IMG/VR virus record: IMGVR_UViG_3300029305_012016
Source of the DNA: an uncultured virus (IMG/VR IMGVR_UViG_3300029305_012016)
Lineage: Duplodnaviria; Heunggongvirae; Uroviricota; Caudoviricetes
Strand: one strand, 5' to 3'
DNA length: 64,000 bases
The translations under genes were made by a program, and so were the position numbers. The notes beneath the pieces were generated by a model that saw only the letters and a list, made by a program, of their open reading frames with translations, ran no database searches and was not told where the DNA came from. Shown here piece by piece: positions 55,656 to 64,000 of the stretch (its first letter is position 1; every line of letters begins with the position of its first letter).

Positions 55656-57545
55656 TCAAAGAAGAAGGGGCTGAGAGCTTGTAGCGATGATGAAATTATC
55701 GGGGGCAGCGTACACCTTGTCGTACTCTTTTTCTCCCTGGAATTCATCAATAACCGCTCTTTCCTCAGCGGTCATGTCGCTATAGCGCACCTTTCCATAA
55801 GTGGGAGGCAGCCAATTATACTTGCTGCCGGCAAAAATATTGAGCCGGTCGAGGATGTGCTGCGCTTCATCTTTGAATCGTATATGGCATGTGCCTTTCT
55901 TGTAAAAACGAGCGGTGAAATAGGTGCAGTCGATCTCTGCTTTACCACAACGGTTTGCTCTCCGGACTTCCAATTCAATATTGGTATGGTAGGCTGTTTC
56001 CCCTCTATCAAGATAATCCATGACTTTTACCAGATCGCACATGATGTTGAAAATGCGATAGGAATCAAGCATTTCTCCGCACCAAGAGTCTGCGTAGGCA
56101 CCGTTTACGGGAATAATAACCTTCTTGCCCACCTTATGAGCCTTGTTCGTTTTCCATCCGGTGTAATACCACCGGTTTTTCCCAGTCTCGGGAAGGTAAG
56201 AGTGTTCTGCGGACAGTTTTTGGAAGAGATCAAGAATAGCTTGTTCCATACCGGCGTTTAACTGAAGCTGGATATCGTAGATAAATTGTCGGATGTTAAA
56301 TTCATCAAACTCGTAACTCGCCATTTTATCCAGCTTGTCACGATAATCTTCGAGCATCGCAGACGGCATTGCTCCGGTCTTTTCCTGAAGACGATCATTG
56401 TACATAAACAGTCTCCAGTATTTATACCGTACAGAATCCAGATAATCATTGATAAGCTTCGTTTCATTGATATCTCCACCCCATACGGAGTGAGAACCAA
56501 TTTGCAGCTTAATGTGAGGTGTTGCGTCGCTCTTGTCTGTGACGCGGATGTATGGTGCAATCCGGACATACTCCTGCAGGAAAGTAACGCCACCATCGCA
56601 CTCAATGCGATACCCGGTAAGAAGTTCATGAATCCAGTCTTCTTTTACGGCCAAAGCAGATGGACCAAAGTTATCAGCCTCATATCGCTGCGCTCTTTTC
56701 AGATCCTCAAAAATCTTGGAAGGTCGCACTACCCTCGGGATAGAAATTGTGATAATAGCAATTTCTACATCCGTGGGATGTTCAGATCTTTTGAATGCGT
56801 CCCTTACGAATTCAACTCTTGCCCCATACTCTGAGAGCTTCTGCAGAAGAAGCTTGCGAGAATTTGTATATGGATTGCGAATGGTCTCCGCATTCAAAAT
56901 ACAACAGATCTGCCCACCATTTTCCTGCAACATAATAGCTTTGAGCAGATGCTTTTCTCCCTCAAAGAACGGAGGGTTCATCAGAATGACATCATAGCGC
57001 TTTCTGGCGTTGTGGCGAAGGAAATCATCATCAATAAGACGATATCCCTTGCCCCTCAAAACAAACTGGAGGTTAGGATCTAACTCAATTACATCAACGT
57101 CCTTTTTGACGTCGATACGACAACATTTGCGGGTTTTATCGATGAACCGAGCAAGCCCCTCAAGAATGTCTCCCTTTCCGGCAGACGGTTCTAAGACGCT
57201 GCTAACGTCCTTCCAATTGATTCCGGAAAGCATTTTTCCTACAATCGCAGCGGGCGTGGGGTAGAACTGCAATTCTTCGTTTGCGGGGAGCAAATTGCAT
57301 GGGGCTCTGCGTTTGCTCTGTTCCTCCTTATAGGCCTTCTCAGCAAGCTTTTTCGCTTCGAATACATTGTTCCGGGTGCCGACATGACAAAGTCTGTCGT
57401 AAGAATCATTGATCGCTACACGGAAATCACCGTCGCGACATTCGTAGATCTCACCGACTTGCTTCCCATCGTAAATATTGATGGCTCGTAGCTCTCTACA
57501 GCCATCTCGTCTTTTTTGCGAATGACGTTCTTCACGGAATACCAT
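55656..57545 (-). CDS. Orphan N6-adenine methyltransferase with DUF4942-like C-terminal domain
   Basis: QFYPTP, VLEPSAGKG, IELD, MNPPF; GWKTN, YF..RFYKKGT.H, WLP. Confidence 0.88.
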   Translation of the reverse strand: MVFREERHSQKRRDGCRELRAINIYDGKQVGEIYECRDGDFRVAINDSYDRLCHVGTRNNVFEAKKLAEKAYKEEQSKRRAPCNLLPANEELQFYPTPAAIVGKMLSGINWKDVSSVLEPSAGKGDILEGLARFIDKTRKCCRIDVKKDVDVIELDPNLQFVLRGKGYRLIDDDFLRHNARKRYDVILMNPPFFEGEKHLLKAIMLQENGGQICCILNAETIRNPYTNSRKLLLQKLSEYGARVEFVRDAFKRSEHPTDVEIAIITISIPRVVRPSKIFEDLKRAQRYEADNFGPSALAVKEDWIHELLTGYRIECDGGVTFLQEYVRIAPYIRVTDKSDATPHIKLQIGSHSVWGGDINETKLINDYLDSVRYKYWRLFMYNDRLQEKTGAMPSAMLEDYRDKLDKMASYEFDEFNIRQFIYDIQLQLNAGMEQAILDLFQKLSAEHSYLPETGKNRWYYTGWKTNKAHKVGKKVIIPVNGAYADSWCGEMLDSYRIFNIMCDLVKVMDYLDRGETAYHTNIELEVRRANRCGKAEIDCTYFTARFYKKGTCHIRFKDEAQHILDRLNIFAGSKYNWLPPTYGKVRYSDMTAEERAVIDEFQGEKEYDKVYAAPDNFIIATSSQPLLL

Positions 57546-57604
57546 ATTTGTTGTTCCTTTCACATTGTTTTTTTGTTTGGAGCATAGGTTAGCGAGAATG
57601 TTTA

Positions 57605-57745
57605 CTATCGGATAAACTTGAACTTGCTATAGTTAGCTTCGTCAACGAGGTAGTACCCATCACCAGACTTGTAAACCTCGATGTTGCCAATGCGACCGCA
57701 GGGGGCGTAGCTGAAGCTGATAATCTTGGAACCAGACTTAGACAT
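57605..57745 (-). CDS. 46-aa small protein not in the ORF track
   Basis: GAAAGGATG RBS; MSKSGSKIISFSYAPCGRIGNIEVYKSGDGYYLVDEANYSKFKFIR. Confidence 0.6.
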   Translation of the reverse strand: MSKSGSKIISFSYAPCGRIGNIEVYKSGDGYYLVDEANYSKFKFIR

Positions 57746-57799
57746 ATTTTTCATCCTTTCTTCTGTGTAAGATTCGTACAGTTTTGATTTTTTGCTTAA

Positions 57800-58135
57800 T
57801 CAGATACCTTCAAACGGGCATCCATTTGCCTTCATTTCGCTTGGGATGATTTCGTCGGGATACGCCTGCATCACATGCCCGTCCTCGAATTTGATGTCCC
57901 ACATAGGAAGACACTCCAAATCGACGGCTTCTTCTGATGCACGGCCTATTACGACAAAGGGCTTTCCATGATAGTCGGGGAAATCGCCACCCTGACTCCA
58001 GAATTTGTCTGAGAAGCCTTCCTTTTCATAGAGATCGAAGCAATCGCCAACAAATTCTCGTTCTCTGTCCACACTCATTTCGTCTCTAAACTCGGGATAT
58101 TTCTTTCTCATATCATCCCATGTCTGAACCGCCAT
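57800..58135 (-). CDS. Hypothetical protein
   Basis: GAGGAGG RBS before MAVQTW. Confidence 0.7.
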   Translation of the reverse strand: MAVQTWDDMRKKYPEFRDEMSVDREREFVGDCFDLYEKEGFSDKFWSQGGDFPDYHGKPFVVIGRASEEAVDLECLPMWDIKFEDGHVMQAYPDEIIPSEMKANGCPFEGI

Positions 58136-58235
58136 GTTTTTCACCTCCTCAATATTGAAGCAATTGAGCAATCCCTCTGCCCGGAACAGGGCAGAGGGAT
58201 TTTTGGATTTTTTTGTATATCACGATAAAAATATG

Positions 58236-58490
58236 CTACCACGAAGATTCCTTTTTTAACCACTCGTTTGAGCAGTAGCAGGGGAGGTCTGCAACAGAGA
58301 TGTAGAGTGCTCGTCCGGGGATAATGCTCGGCCCAAAAATAAGGGGCACGGGGGAGAGGCTTTCTACACCAACACCAAATGCTTGGGACAACGCAATTAG
58401 CTTATCGCCAACTTCTTCCGGTGTTTCATAGAGACCATAACACTTGTTGCCGGATTCATCCGTATAGCAAAGAACCCATTTTTCTATCAT
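58236..58490 (-). CDS. Small hypothetical protein
   Basis: ATGA overlap with upstream gene. Confidence 0.5.
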   Translation of the reverse strand: MIEKWVLCYTDESGNKCYGLYETPEEVGDKLIALSQAFGVGVESLSPVPLIFGPSIIPGRALYISVADLPCYCSNEWLKKESSW

Positions 58491-58882
58491 ACGATGGTGT
58501 ATACCGAGTTCCGGGTTTCAAACATTTGCTCATTGACCACACGGAATACGGTAGAGGTAATCATTTTTGCCCCATCCACCAAGAGCTCAGCCCGCTCGCC
58601 CTCGCGAATGGGGCACAGAATCTCGGTTGTGGCGGAGTTGAGGGCAACAGTTCTCTTCTGCACGAAATGCGGGTGCAAGATCGTGTAAACCGAGCCGGAC
58701 TCAGTAACAAATCTTACGGAGTGGCCATAAGCATTTGCACTTACGACAGAGGATGTTCTGTAATCCCTGCCATTTGCACTGAATACTGCCGGAGCACCAA
58801 CAACCAGCGCACACATAAATTTCGCACCTTCGAAAAAGTGGTTCGTTGTTGCATTTGCAACATTAACATCATTTTTTGCCAT
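58487..58882 (-). CDS. Hypothetical protein with internal duplication
   Basis: TS.V......F.T.SGSVYT / TS.V......FETRNSVYT. Confidence 0.65.
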   Translation of the reverse strand: MAKNDVNVANATTNHFFEGAKFMCALVVGAPAVFSANGRDYRTSSVVSANAYGHSVRFVTESGSVYTILHPHFVQKRTVALNSATTEILCPIREGERAELLVDGAKMITSTVFRVVNEQMFETRNSVYTIV

Positions 58883-58983
58883 TTTTCATCATCCTTTCGA
58901 ATATTCTTTCGTTGAATTGTTTTGGACTCTGCGACAAGCTCGATTGATGCTTGTCGCAGAGAATTGCAGAGATTGCCGAAGGG

Positions 58984-59478
58984 TTAATTGACGAACTTTT
59001 CCAGATCTATGGTCTTGCGACCAGCGGGGGTGTGATAGTAGTAGAGATCGGAAAGCAGGCCGGTAATAACCCTCTTTGCACAGCGCATGGAGCAGTTTTC
59101 GACACAGATACGAGCCTCCGTAACAACTGCATCTACATCTACTCCGTCGTGAAAGCCCACAGTGTACACAGAATATGCTTTGCGAGAGCCCGCACCTCTG
59201 TTGTAGGAGACTACCAGGTTGATGCCTTCGGTTACTACGCAGTCGCAGAATTTCGCGTTGGAGCAACAGGTGGGGTCTACATTAACAAAGGTCTTGCCGA
59301 AACTATTGTTTGCACGAACAGTGTTCAGAATAAGCTTCGCAATGCCGGACGGCGTCATATTCAAGCCAACAAGAGGGAGATATCTTGCACAGTATGCAAG
59401 GGGATCATTCTGAGGCCGGTACGAAATTACTGCCTCTTTCAATTCTCTGCGAGATCTGAGCGATTCATGGTGCTTCAT
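58984..59478 (-). CDS. Hypothetical protein
   Basis: 164 aa, GAAAGGA RBS. Confidence 0.65.
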   Translation of the reverse strand: MKHHESLRSRRELKEAVISYRPQNDPLAYCARYLPLVGLNMTPSGIAKLILNTVRANNSFGKTFVNVDPTCCSNAKFCDCVVTEGINLVVSYNRGAGSRKAYSVYTVGFHDGVDVDAVVTEARICVENCSMRCAKRVITGLLSDLYYYHTPAGRKTIDLEKFVN

Positions 59479-59531
59479 TTTTTTGTCCTTTCTTCCCCGC
59501 GCAATAGGATGCCGAGGATAAAAAATAGTTT

Positions 59532-59604
59532 GACGGCTATCGTGATATCGTTTTTTTTAGATGTATTTACTTCAAAAAACTCCAAGCATCACAATAAAAC
59601 CATC
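59532..59604 (-). promoter_or_regulatory. Conserved 5' leader hairpin (GUGAUGCUUGGAG)
   Basis: GAUGGUU/AGCCGUC and AUUGUGAU/AUCACGAU stems with G-U pairs on minus strand only. Confidence 0.55.
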
Positions 59605-59611
59605 TGATTAT

Positions 59612-59625
59612 ATTTTATAAGAAAA
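59612..59625 (-). promoter_or_regulatory. Element-specific promoter motif copy
   Basis: minus TTTTTATC-N8-TTTTCTTATAAAAT. Confidence 0.75.
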
Positions 59626-59718
59626 CGAAGGAAGATAAAAACGGAGTATTTTCTTGACAAAAAGAAGAGGCCCCGCCTTCGTAGAACGAAAACAGAGCCT
59701 CAGTTATTTGGGTATAGG

Positions 59719-60219
59719 TTATTTTGTGCGAATCAGCTTACCACCACAGGTGGCACACCGGTATTGCTCCGGAAAACGGATTACTTTAGTCATTTTCTCA
59801 CGACGAACCTCTCTTTGGCAGCAAGTACACTTTAGAACGTATCTGATATTGCGCTCTCTCGGGGCGCACTCCAGTCCCTTTTCTGTGTGGGAGGTGGTTC
59901 TCTTTATTGTGTATTGTGGTAAGAGGCGATTGACCTTGTTTGCAAGCTCAAGCCATTTACCCTTGTGACCGTTGCAACCTTTTACCGCATGGAGGAGTTC
60001 ATGCATAATCGTATCCTTTGCAGCCTTATCAGAAAGATTATCTTGCAGCAAAGACGAAGCAATACTAATTTCGTATATGCCTGAGGCTATGCATTTACAT
60101 TGCCCCCATCTCCTTTTTGCGCGAGTGTTAATTTTCCACCCAGCAATATAACCAGGTTCTATCCCAATATGGAACAGATCGTTCAAGCATTCGTTTGCCA
60201 ATTTCTCCAAATCTTTCAT
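59719..60219 (-). CDS. SprT-like zinc metalloprotease
   Basis: R...RWG.C, HELLH, GH.G.W, C-terminal C.CC..C..C ribbon. Confidence 0.85.
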   Translation of the reverse strand: MKDLEKLANECLNDLFHIGIEPGYIAGWKINTRAKRRWGQCKCIASGIYEISIASSLLQDNLSDKAAKDTIMHELLHAVKGCNGHKGKWLELANKVNRLLPQYTIKRTTSHTEKGLECAPRERNIRYVLKCTCCQREVRREKMTKVIRFPEQYRCATCGGKLIRTK

Positions 60220-60237
60220 AAAAACTCCTCGCTATGG

Positions 60238-61482
60238 TCAAATTTCTTGCGGCTCTTCAATGGAGAGTAACTTTCCGTGAGTCCAGGCGGAACCCACAAA
60301 ACCATAGACTTCATCCACTCCACATTCGTTAAGTAGACCGCTACTGCTGTCCGGCGAAGCGTCGCGAATAAACCGAATAGGAAGCTCAATGTCCTTTTCC
60401 AGCTCAATTTCAAACAGACTACCGGCCCCGTTCCATGGGTCAAACAATCCACAGAAGGTTCTCTTAGACAGAGTGATAGAACCGCAATCAGGGCGCTTAG
60501 AAGCGTCATAGATCGGCTTTTCGTTTGGCGTTTGACCCTTCATAAGAGTTGCAATTCTCAAAATCTCCTCCACAGTTAATCTCACAAGAAATGTCACCGC
60601 ATTCATATGGGTGGAAATATTGAGGATTTCTTGATGAACAGAGCGAAGAAATTTACTTTCCGTTTTGCCACCACGCAAGACGGCAAGAAGCTCATTTTTA
60701 GTGTATCCCTGTTGCTCGGTTAGCCACAGAATTCCGGCCTTCTCATGGACAGGCTCATTCCGGTCTGCTCCGTATGCAGGGAAGGTGTGATTGAGGGTAA
60801 AGTCGTAGTTGCCGTCGCCTGTGTCTACGGTAATGGCAACATTGAATTTCTGCCGGAGGTAATGGTCATAGGGAAGATCAAAGTGGACATGCTCTGCAAG
60901 ATAATCTTCCAAAAACTCTGCTTCTTCAGCAGTTAGGTTGTGGAGAAGAGCAGACTCCTCAATTTCGGAGTTAACGGCATCCTTGAGTCTTTTCATACAT
61001 TCGTAGGTTTCATCTCCATACCATAGCCCGATTTTTCCACGGAATAAATCCATGTAGTCGGCATCTTCTCGCCGCAAAATTTCAAAGACGGTTTCCTTTG
61101 GGAAGGTATCTCTGTAATCTGCATACATTTCGATAGAAATACTTCCGTCCTTATCTTTCTTGACGTTGAATTCGGAGAAGATTGTTTCTTCCACAATCCG
61201 CTTCATTTCTTCTTTTCGGAAGGCCTTCTCGTCTTCTTCCGTCATTTCTTCGCAAACTGCCCCCTCAATGAGGAGATAGCAGTTCTCAGCGCCGAACTCA
61301 GTTCGGTCCATATAGATATACCGAGCGTCGTTCTCGACTTCATCTGCCTCGGAAAGGGGAACTGTATTCCCAATCGTAATGCTGGCGAGCGCGATAGCAT
61401 CGGCTGCGGTACAGGCATCTACAACCGTGGTTTGCAGCTCAATTCCGGCTCCGGGGTAAAGAGCAACTTTATATAATGACAT
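60238..61482 (-). CDS. Hypothetical protein
   Basis: 414 aa, AAAGGAG RBS; CGLFDPW.GAGS..EIEL. Confidence 0.75.
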   Translation of the reverse strand: MSLYKVALYPGAGIELQTTVVDACTAADAIALASITIGNTVPLSEADEVENDARYIYMDRTEFGAENCYLLIEGAVCEEMTEEDEKAFRKEEMKRIVEETIFSEFNVKKDKDGSISIEMYADYRDTFPKETVFEILRREDADYMDLFRGKIGLWYGDETYECMKRLKDAVNSEIEESALLHNLTAEEAEFLEDYLAEHVHFDLPYDHYLRQKFNVAITVDTGDGNYDFTLNHTFPAYGADRNEPVHEKAGILWLTEQQGYTKNELLAVLRGGKTESKFLRSVHQEILNISTHMNAVTFLVRLTVEEILRIATLMKGQTPNEKPIYDASKRPDCGSITLSKRTFCGLFDPWNGAGSLFEIELEKDIELPIRFIRDASPDSSSGLLNECGVDEVYGFVGSAWTHGKLLSIEEPQEI

Positions 61483-61497
61483 TTTTGATTTCTCCTT

Positions 61498-61926
61498 TCA
61501 TACGCAACCGGGTTTGACATAGTCAGCGAGTTCATCGGGAACATCCTCTTGGTTTTCGAAGTACAGATATTCCTCAATAATTTTGCCGTCAGCCTTTGCC
61601 TGTAGATAGATCTTTTCACCATCTTCTTCAGGTATATACCATGTAAGAAAATGGCCAACCGAAAGGGTGTTTGGAAATAGCTCGGGGAAGATCTTTTCAA
61701 AGTAGGTAGCGGGAATTACGAAATTGACCTCTCCGATAGCTTCGTCGTCTTCCTCAGGGCTGCGATAGATCCATCGACGATTTAACTGAATGTTTCCTTC
61801 ATCTTCAACTTCGCACCAGTGATAAGCATGTGTTTCTCCGGTTACAACAGGGAGTCCAAGATCCGCAAGATCATCTAATCCGGTCGTGGAAGCGGCCTGC
61901 TGTGCTTGAGTAGGTTTGCCTTTCAT
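61498..61926 (-). CDS. Acidic hypothetical protein
   Basis: GGAGG RBS before MKGK. Confidence 0.7.
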   Translation of the reverse strand: MKGKPTQAQQAASTTGLDDLADLGLPVVTGETHAYHWCEVEDEGNIQLNRRWIYRSPEEDDEAIGEVNFVIPATYFEKIFPELFPNTLSVGHFLTWYIPEEDGEKIYLQAKADGKIIEEYLYFENQEDVPDELADYVKPGCV

Positions 61927-61968
61927 TATTTGTACCTCCAATGTTCTATCGTCATGGACGATGAATTT

Positions 61969-62015
61969 GGATTTTTAGCGATATTCAATAAACCCCAATC
62001 ATCACATAAAAATCC
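61969..62015 (-). promoter_or_regulatory. Conserved 5' leader hairpin (GUGAUGAUUGGGG)
   Basis: GGAUUUUUA/UAAAAAUCC and GUGAU/AUCGC stems. Confidence 0.6.
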
Positions 62016-62023
62016 TTAAAAAT

Positions 62024-62037
62024 ATTATATAAGAAAA
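62024..62037 (-). promoter_or_regulatory. Element-specific promoter motif copy
   Basis: minus TTTTCTTATATAAT. Confidence 0.75.
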
Positions 62038-62072
62038 CAGAAGCGGACAAAATTGGACTATTTGGGGGACGC

Positions 62073-62101
62073 AAAAAAGCCGACCCCGGAGGATCGGCTT
62101 T
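62073..62101 (-). terminator. Intrinsic terminator
   Basis: AAAGCCGA.CC/GG.TCGGCTTT stem + T-run on minus. Confidence 0.75.
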
Positions 62102-62104
62102 CCG

Positions 62105-64000
62105 CTATGAATTAGAACTATTTTCCGCTAAGCTTTTAATGCCTCTCTTAGAAAAAGCGACAATTATGGTGAAGCTTGTATAGACTCGCTGAGAAATGCC
62201 CCTATTATCTGTATACCCTTTGTATCTGCTGTCATTTGAGGACGTATGATATTCAAACGGTGTACCTACTTCTGAGACAGCGTCCGTGACAGAGAGAAGG
62301 GGATTCCCGAGGGTGTGGTGTCCCGCTTTACGATAGCCACGAAGAATCTTTGGGAGATTATTTTCTCCCACTAATGCTTCAATGGACTTCCAATGGTTAA
62401 ATCGAATTATAAAAAATTGGGACGCCCTCACACAGCCGTCTTTAACGCAACAGAAATATACTCCATTTTTTCCGCGAGCGTTTAGCGGATGCCTTCCATG
62501 CCACAAATCATCGAAATTTGCAGGAAAGTCTGATTTTGGATGCCCGTTAGAGCTTTCTTGATGAATGATTTCTATTCCTTCAGGAAATGATTTACCCCCC
62601 TTATACTTTTCTGCACACCATCTGAAGATTTGTTCCTTGTGGTCGATGATCGCCTGATCCCACCACTCAAGAACTGCTTCTGTTCCACCGAACGAAAAGA
62701 ACTCTTCTGCTATTCGGTCCTTCAGATATTCAGCAAGTTGAACTCGTGCCTGCTGATAGGCGATCAAGTCCATTCGCCGCCCTGTTGCAACAAATTCGAC
62801 ATCCGGCACGAGAGAAGCGTCCGCCAAATCTGTGGAACAAAGCCGCTTTATGTGCGAATTTGCTTCTAACAGGGCTTCCGTTCGGAGAGCAAAACCTTCT
62901 CCATATTCATCAATAAAAAGCTGACAATCGTCACGGAAGTCGGGCTCTTCGTCTACCTGTTTTGTTATAAAATGGCCGTATTCATTGTGATCAAAAGTAT
63001 AACTATCTGTTTTTCTTTTGGATGAATCGTAAGTCACATTGAGAGCTCCGCTCAATACATCTTCAGAGGTGATATTGACGGTGTATTCACTGTGTTGTAA
63101 TGCGATTTCACTATCGTTTGGGACAACCAATGCCTCTATGCCGGGGATAGGCTGTGCTAAATTGCGAGGAAGTAAGGAGTCTATGTATTTTACCCGAATG
63201 TCAGTGAGCTGTACCCCCGAATACTTGGAATTCAGCAAGATCATGGAAATCACAAGCGGCATGTAGCCTTCGGGAGCAAGATTAAAAAATGCGAGCTTTT
63301 CCTGATCTATGATGTGCTTCGTTGCAAAACCAAGATAATCGTGCTCAGAGAAGTCGAAGATGAAGTTATATGGAAATAACTCATACTTCTTATTCTCTGC
63401 GTATCTGGCATTTCTACGCCTCTTATGCTGTCCGGGGTACGCTTCGTCAATGCGTTCATTAACGAAAAGAATGTTGCCGTTACTCTTGATCATAAAGCCG
63501 AAATATCCGTCAACAGAACCTCCTTCGTTAATATAGCAAAGATACATTCCATCCTTTGCACTTTCAACAGCAAGTAGGCACTCCGAGAGGCGATTAAAAA
63601 CATGGATATGGGTAGAGTAATTCTTAATAGGATGAATCTCTCCACCTTTTTTGAATAGATCAATCTTGCACTCCTGTAGCTGCGTTGTAGCAACTTCTAT
63701 GGATTCCATTAAGGCTGCCTTTTCTGATGATAAATCGCGATCCCCGAGTCTCTTGATCGGAGAAATAGTCTCCAACAAATGATCAAATTTGCCAAGAAGG
63801 TCTTGCTCCAACCTTTGGACATCTTGGGAACAAAAAATAGATATCATTTCTTTTTCATCCCGCAAATATTCCGGATTGGTCAGAACATCAAATGCAGAGA
63901 CTTTGGCAGTCTTCATCAACTTCAGAAATGCGCTTTTAGCGAAAAGGACAGCAAATACTCCGTTCGGATCGTAATCGAGAATACCTTTGATCTTCTCGCA
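62105..64000 (-). CDS. Large hypothetical protein, 5' end probably beyond the window
   Basis: frame stays open from 63919 to the window edge (CEKIKGILDYDPNG...). Confidence 0.7.
   Translation of the reverse strand, partial: CEKIKGILDYDPNGVFAVLFAKSAFLKLMKTAKVSAFDVLTNPEYLRDEKEMISIFCSQDVQRLEQDLLGKFDHLLETISPIKRLGDRDLSSEKAALMESIEVATTQLQECKIDLFKKGGEIHPIKNYSTHIHVFNRLSECLLAVESAKDGMYLCYINEGGSVDGYFGFMIKSNGNILFVNERIDEAYPGQHKRRRNARYAENKKYELFPYNFIFDFSEHDYLGFATKHIIDQEKLAFFNLAPEGYMPLVISMILLNSKYSGVQLTDIRVKYIDSLLPRNLAQPIPGIEALVVPNDSEIALQHSEYTVNITSEDVLSGALNVTYDSSKRKTDSYTFDHNEYGHFITKQVDEEPDFRDDCQLFIDEYGEGFALRTEALLEANSHIKRLCSTDLADASLVPDVEFVATGRRMDLIAYQQARVQLAEYLKDRIAEEFFSFGGTEAVLEWWDQAIIDHKEQIFRWCAEKYKGGKSFPEGIEIIHQESSNGHPKSDFPANFDDLWHGRHPLNARGKNGVYFCCVKDGCVRASQFFIIRFNHWKSIEALVGENNLPKILRGYRKAGHHTLGNPLLSVTDAVSEVGTPFEYHTSSNDSRYKGYTDNRGISQRVYTSFTIIVAFSKRGIKSLAENSSNS

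Overview
This window is most likely 64 kb of a large, low-copy extrachromosomal element (megaplasmid or phage-plasmid) from a Bacillota/Clostridia-type host; no virion, rRNA, tRNA or CRISPR features were seen. Almost all genes are on the minus strand. Replication and maintenance genes: DnaE with unusual coiled-coil insertions, a stand-alone CHC2 zinc-finger protein, two tandem RecD2 helicases, a Rep_3-type initiator beside an AT-rich tract and ten 22-bp iterons, a second Rep_3 paralog, and ParM with a probable adaptor. Envelope genes: an NlpC/P60+M23 hydrolase, a thioester-domain SpaA adhesin and a class B sortase. Toxin-antitoxin modules: CptIN type III, YefM-YoeB and a DUF3990/DUF3791-like triad. 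A tnpB-only IS605-family element abuts a 5'-truncated phoH. The right-hand ~26 kb holds small phage-like genes, two orphan methyltransferases, a macrodomain, SprT and a MoxR/VWA pair. The strongest candidate for an undescribed system is a private transcription programme with four parts: (i) an element-specific promoter motif (TTTTAT-N~9-TTTTCTTR-TAHAAT) in 18 intergenic copies; (ii) a divergent sigma70-like protein fused to a GNAT domain and driven by a canonical host sigmaA promoter; (iii) a conserved GUGAUGAUUGG(A/G)G leader motif in G-U-containing hairpins on the right-hand operons; (iv) a 16-bp box repeated five times in regulatory regions. All protein family calls come from motif recognition by eye, not from database searches.
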